A DNA stretch of 64,000 nt from positions 1 to 64,000 of the IMG/VR virus record IMGVR_UViG_3300036780_000119; one strand, 5' to 3'. The stretch is from a virus. Positions 63,597 through 64,000 of this stretch are shown here, one piece after another. Under the pieces are notes generated by a model. It had not been told where the DNA came from, ran no database searches, and saw only the letters and a list, made by a program, of their open reading frames with translations. Position numbers and translations under genes: made by a program. The stretch's first letter is position 1; each line of letters opens with the position of its first letter.

Positions 63597-64000
63597 TTAC
63601 TGCCGTTTGGCGTTGAGGAGTTCCCGGAACCATGCGTTGGCGTCCCGGGGTTTGTTGTCGCTGGCTGGCAGGGCGCCGGGGCGCAGCGACTCGACGGGGC
63701 CGCGGTATCCGGCACCGCCCGGTGGGCTGGTGGTGGGGTTTGCCTTGGCCTGCGCGGCGGCGAGCACAGCGGCGCGTTCGTTGATCGCGGCGGCGAGCGT
63801 CTCCGCGGAGGCGTTGATCTCGTCTTCGCTGCCGCCGTGCACCTTGTCGATCAGGTCTGGCGGCAGGTCGTAGCGGGCGCAGGCGAGGGTGCGGTGGTAG
63901 AGGCTTTCCGCCTCGGTGGCGCGTTTTTCCGCCTGGATGGCCCGGTCGCTGGCCCGCTGCACCTCGGTCTTGTTGGCGTCCTCGAACTCTTTGAGTTTCG
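63597..64000 (-). CDS. Capsid scaffolding protein (5'-partial)
   Basis: KLKEFEDANKTE..., G.SEDEI.A.A; position upstream of capsid. Confidence 0.8.
   Translation of the reverse strand, partial: KLKEFEDANKTEVQRASDRAIQAEKRATEAESLYHRTLACARYDLPPDLIDKVHGGSEDEINASAETLAAAINERAAVLAAAQAKANPTTSPPGGAGYRGPVESLRPGALPASDNKPRDANAWFRELLNAKRQ

Noticed and set aside
39326-63873. Long plus-strand ORFs (43234-45858, 53119-56253, 60550-63873)
   Set aside because: Antisense shadows of high-GC structural genes with no protein-like motifs
1-64000. Tas/Nop-domain or IS110-like effector gene
   Set aside because: No ORF in the track shows a recognisable Nop/IS110 C-terminal signature; a remote homolog among the hypotheticals cannot be excluded by eye

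Overview
High-GC actinobacterial temperate siphovirus-like genome segment; no host chromosomal genes are seen. 1-9 kb holds replication and accessory genes: dual-frame C5 methyltransferase end, replication protein with CGATCG repeats, Lsr2-like protein, MFS transporter, two DUF397 genes. 9.2-25.4 kb is a tRNA island with 36 hand-folded tRNA genes covering all 20 amino acids, two HNH endonucleases and many structured non-coding elements. 25.6-34.4 kb holds a large serine integrase, a GntR/UTRA repressor, recA and hypotheticals. 35.3-64 kb (minus strand) is the lysis, tail and head module. Two non-coding systems stand out. (1) About 13 hairpin-enclosed dual-9-nt-spacer cassettes (YCA-N9-CG..YCA-N9-CGC) resemble TIGR guide RNAs and sit between the tRNAs; no Tas/Nop protein is in the window. 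(2) A ~300-nt RNA at 34501-34800 has its own promoter, two circularly permuted CCA-ended tRNA-like domains and hexamer-periodic tracts, directly behind a conserved coiled-coil protein. A recurring promoter motif (TAGYTGCA-N12/13-TANNNT) links many of these units. All calls come from manual reading; no searches were run.
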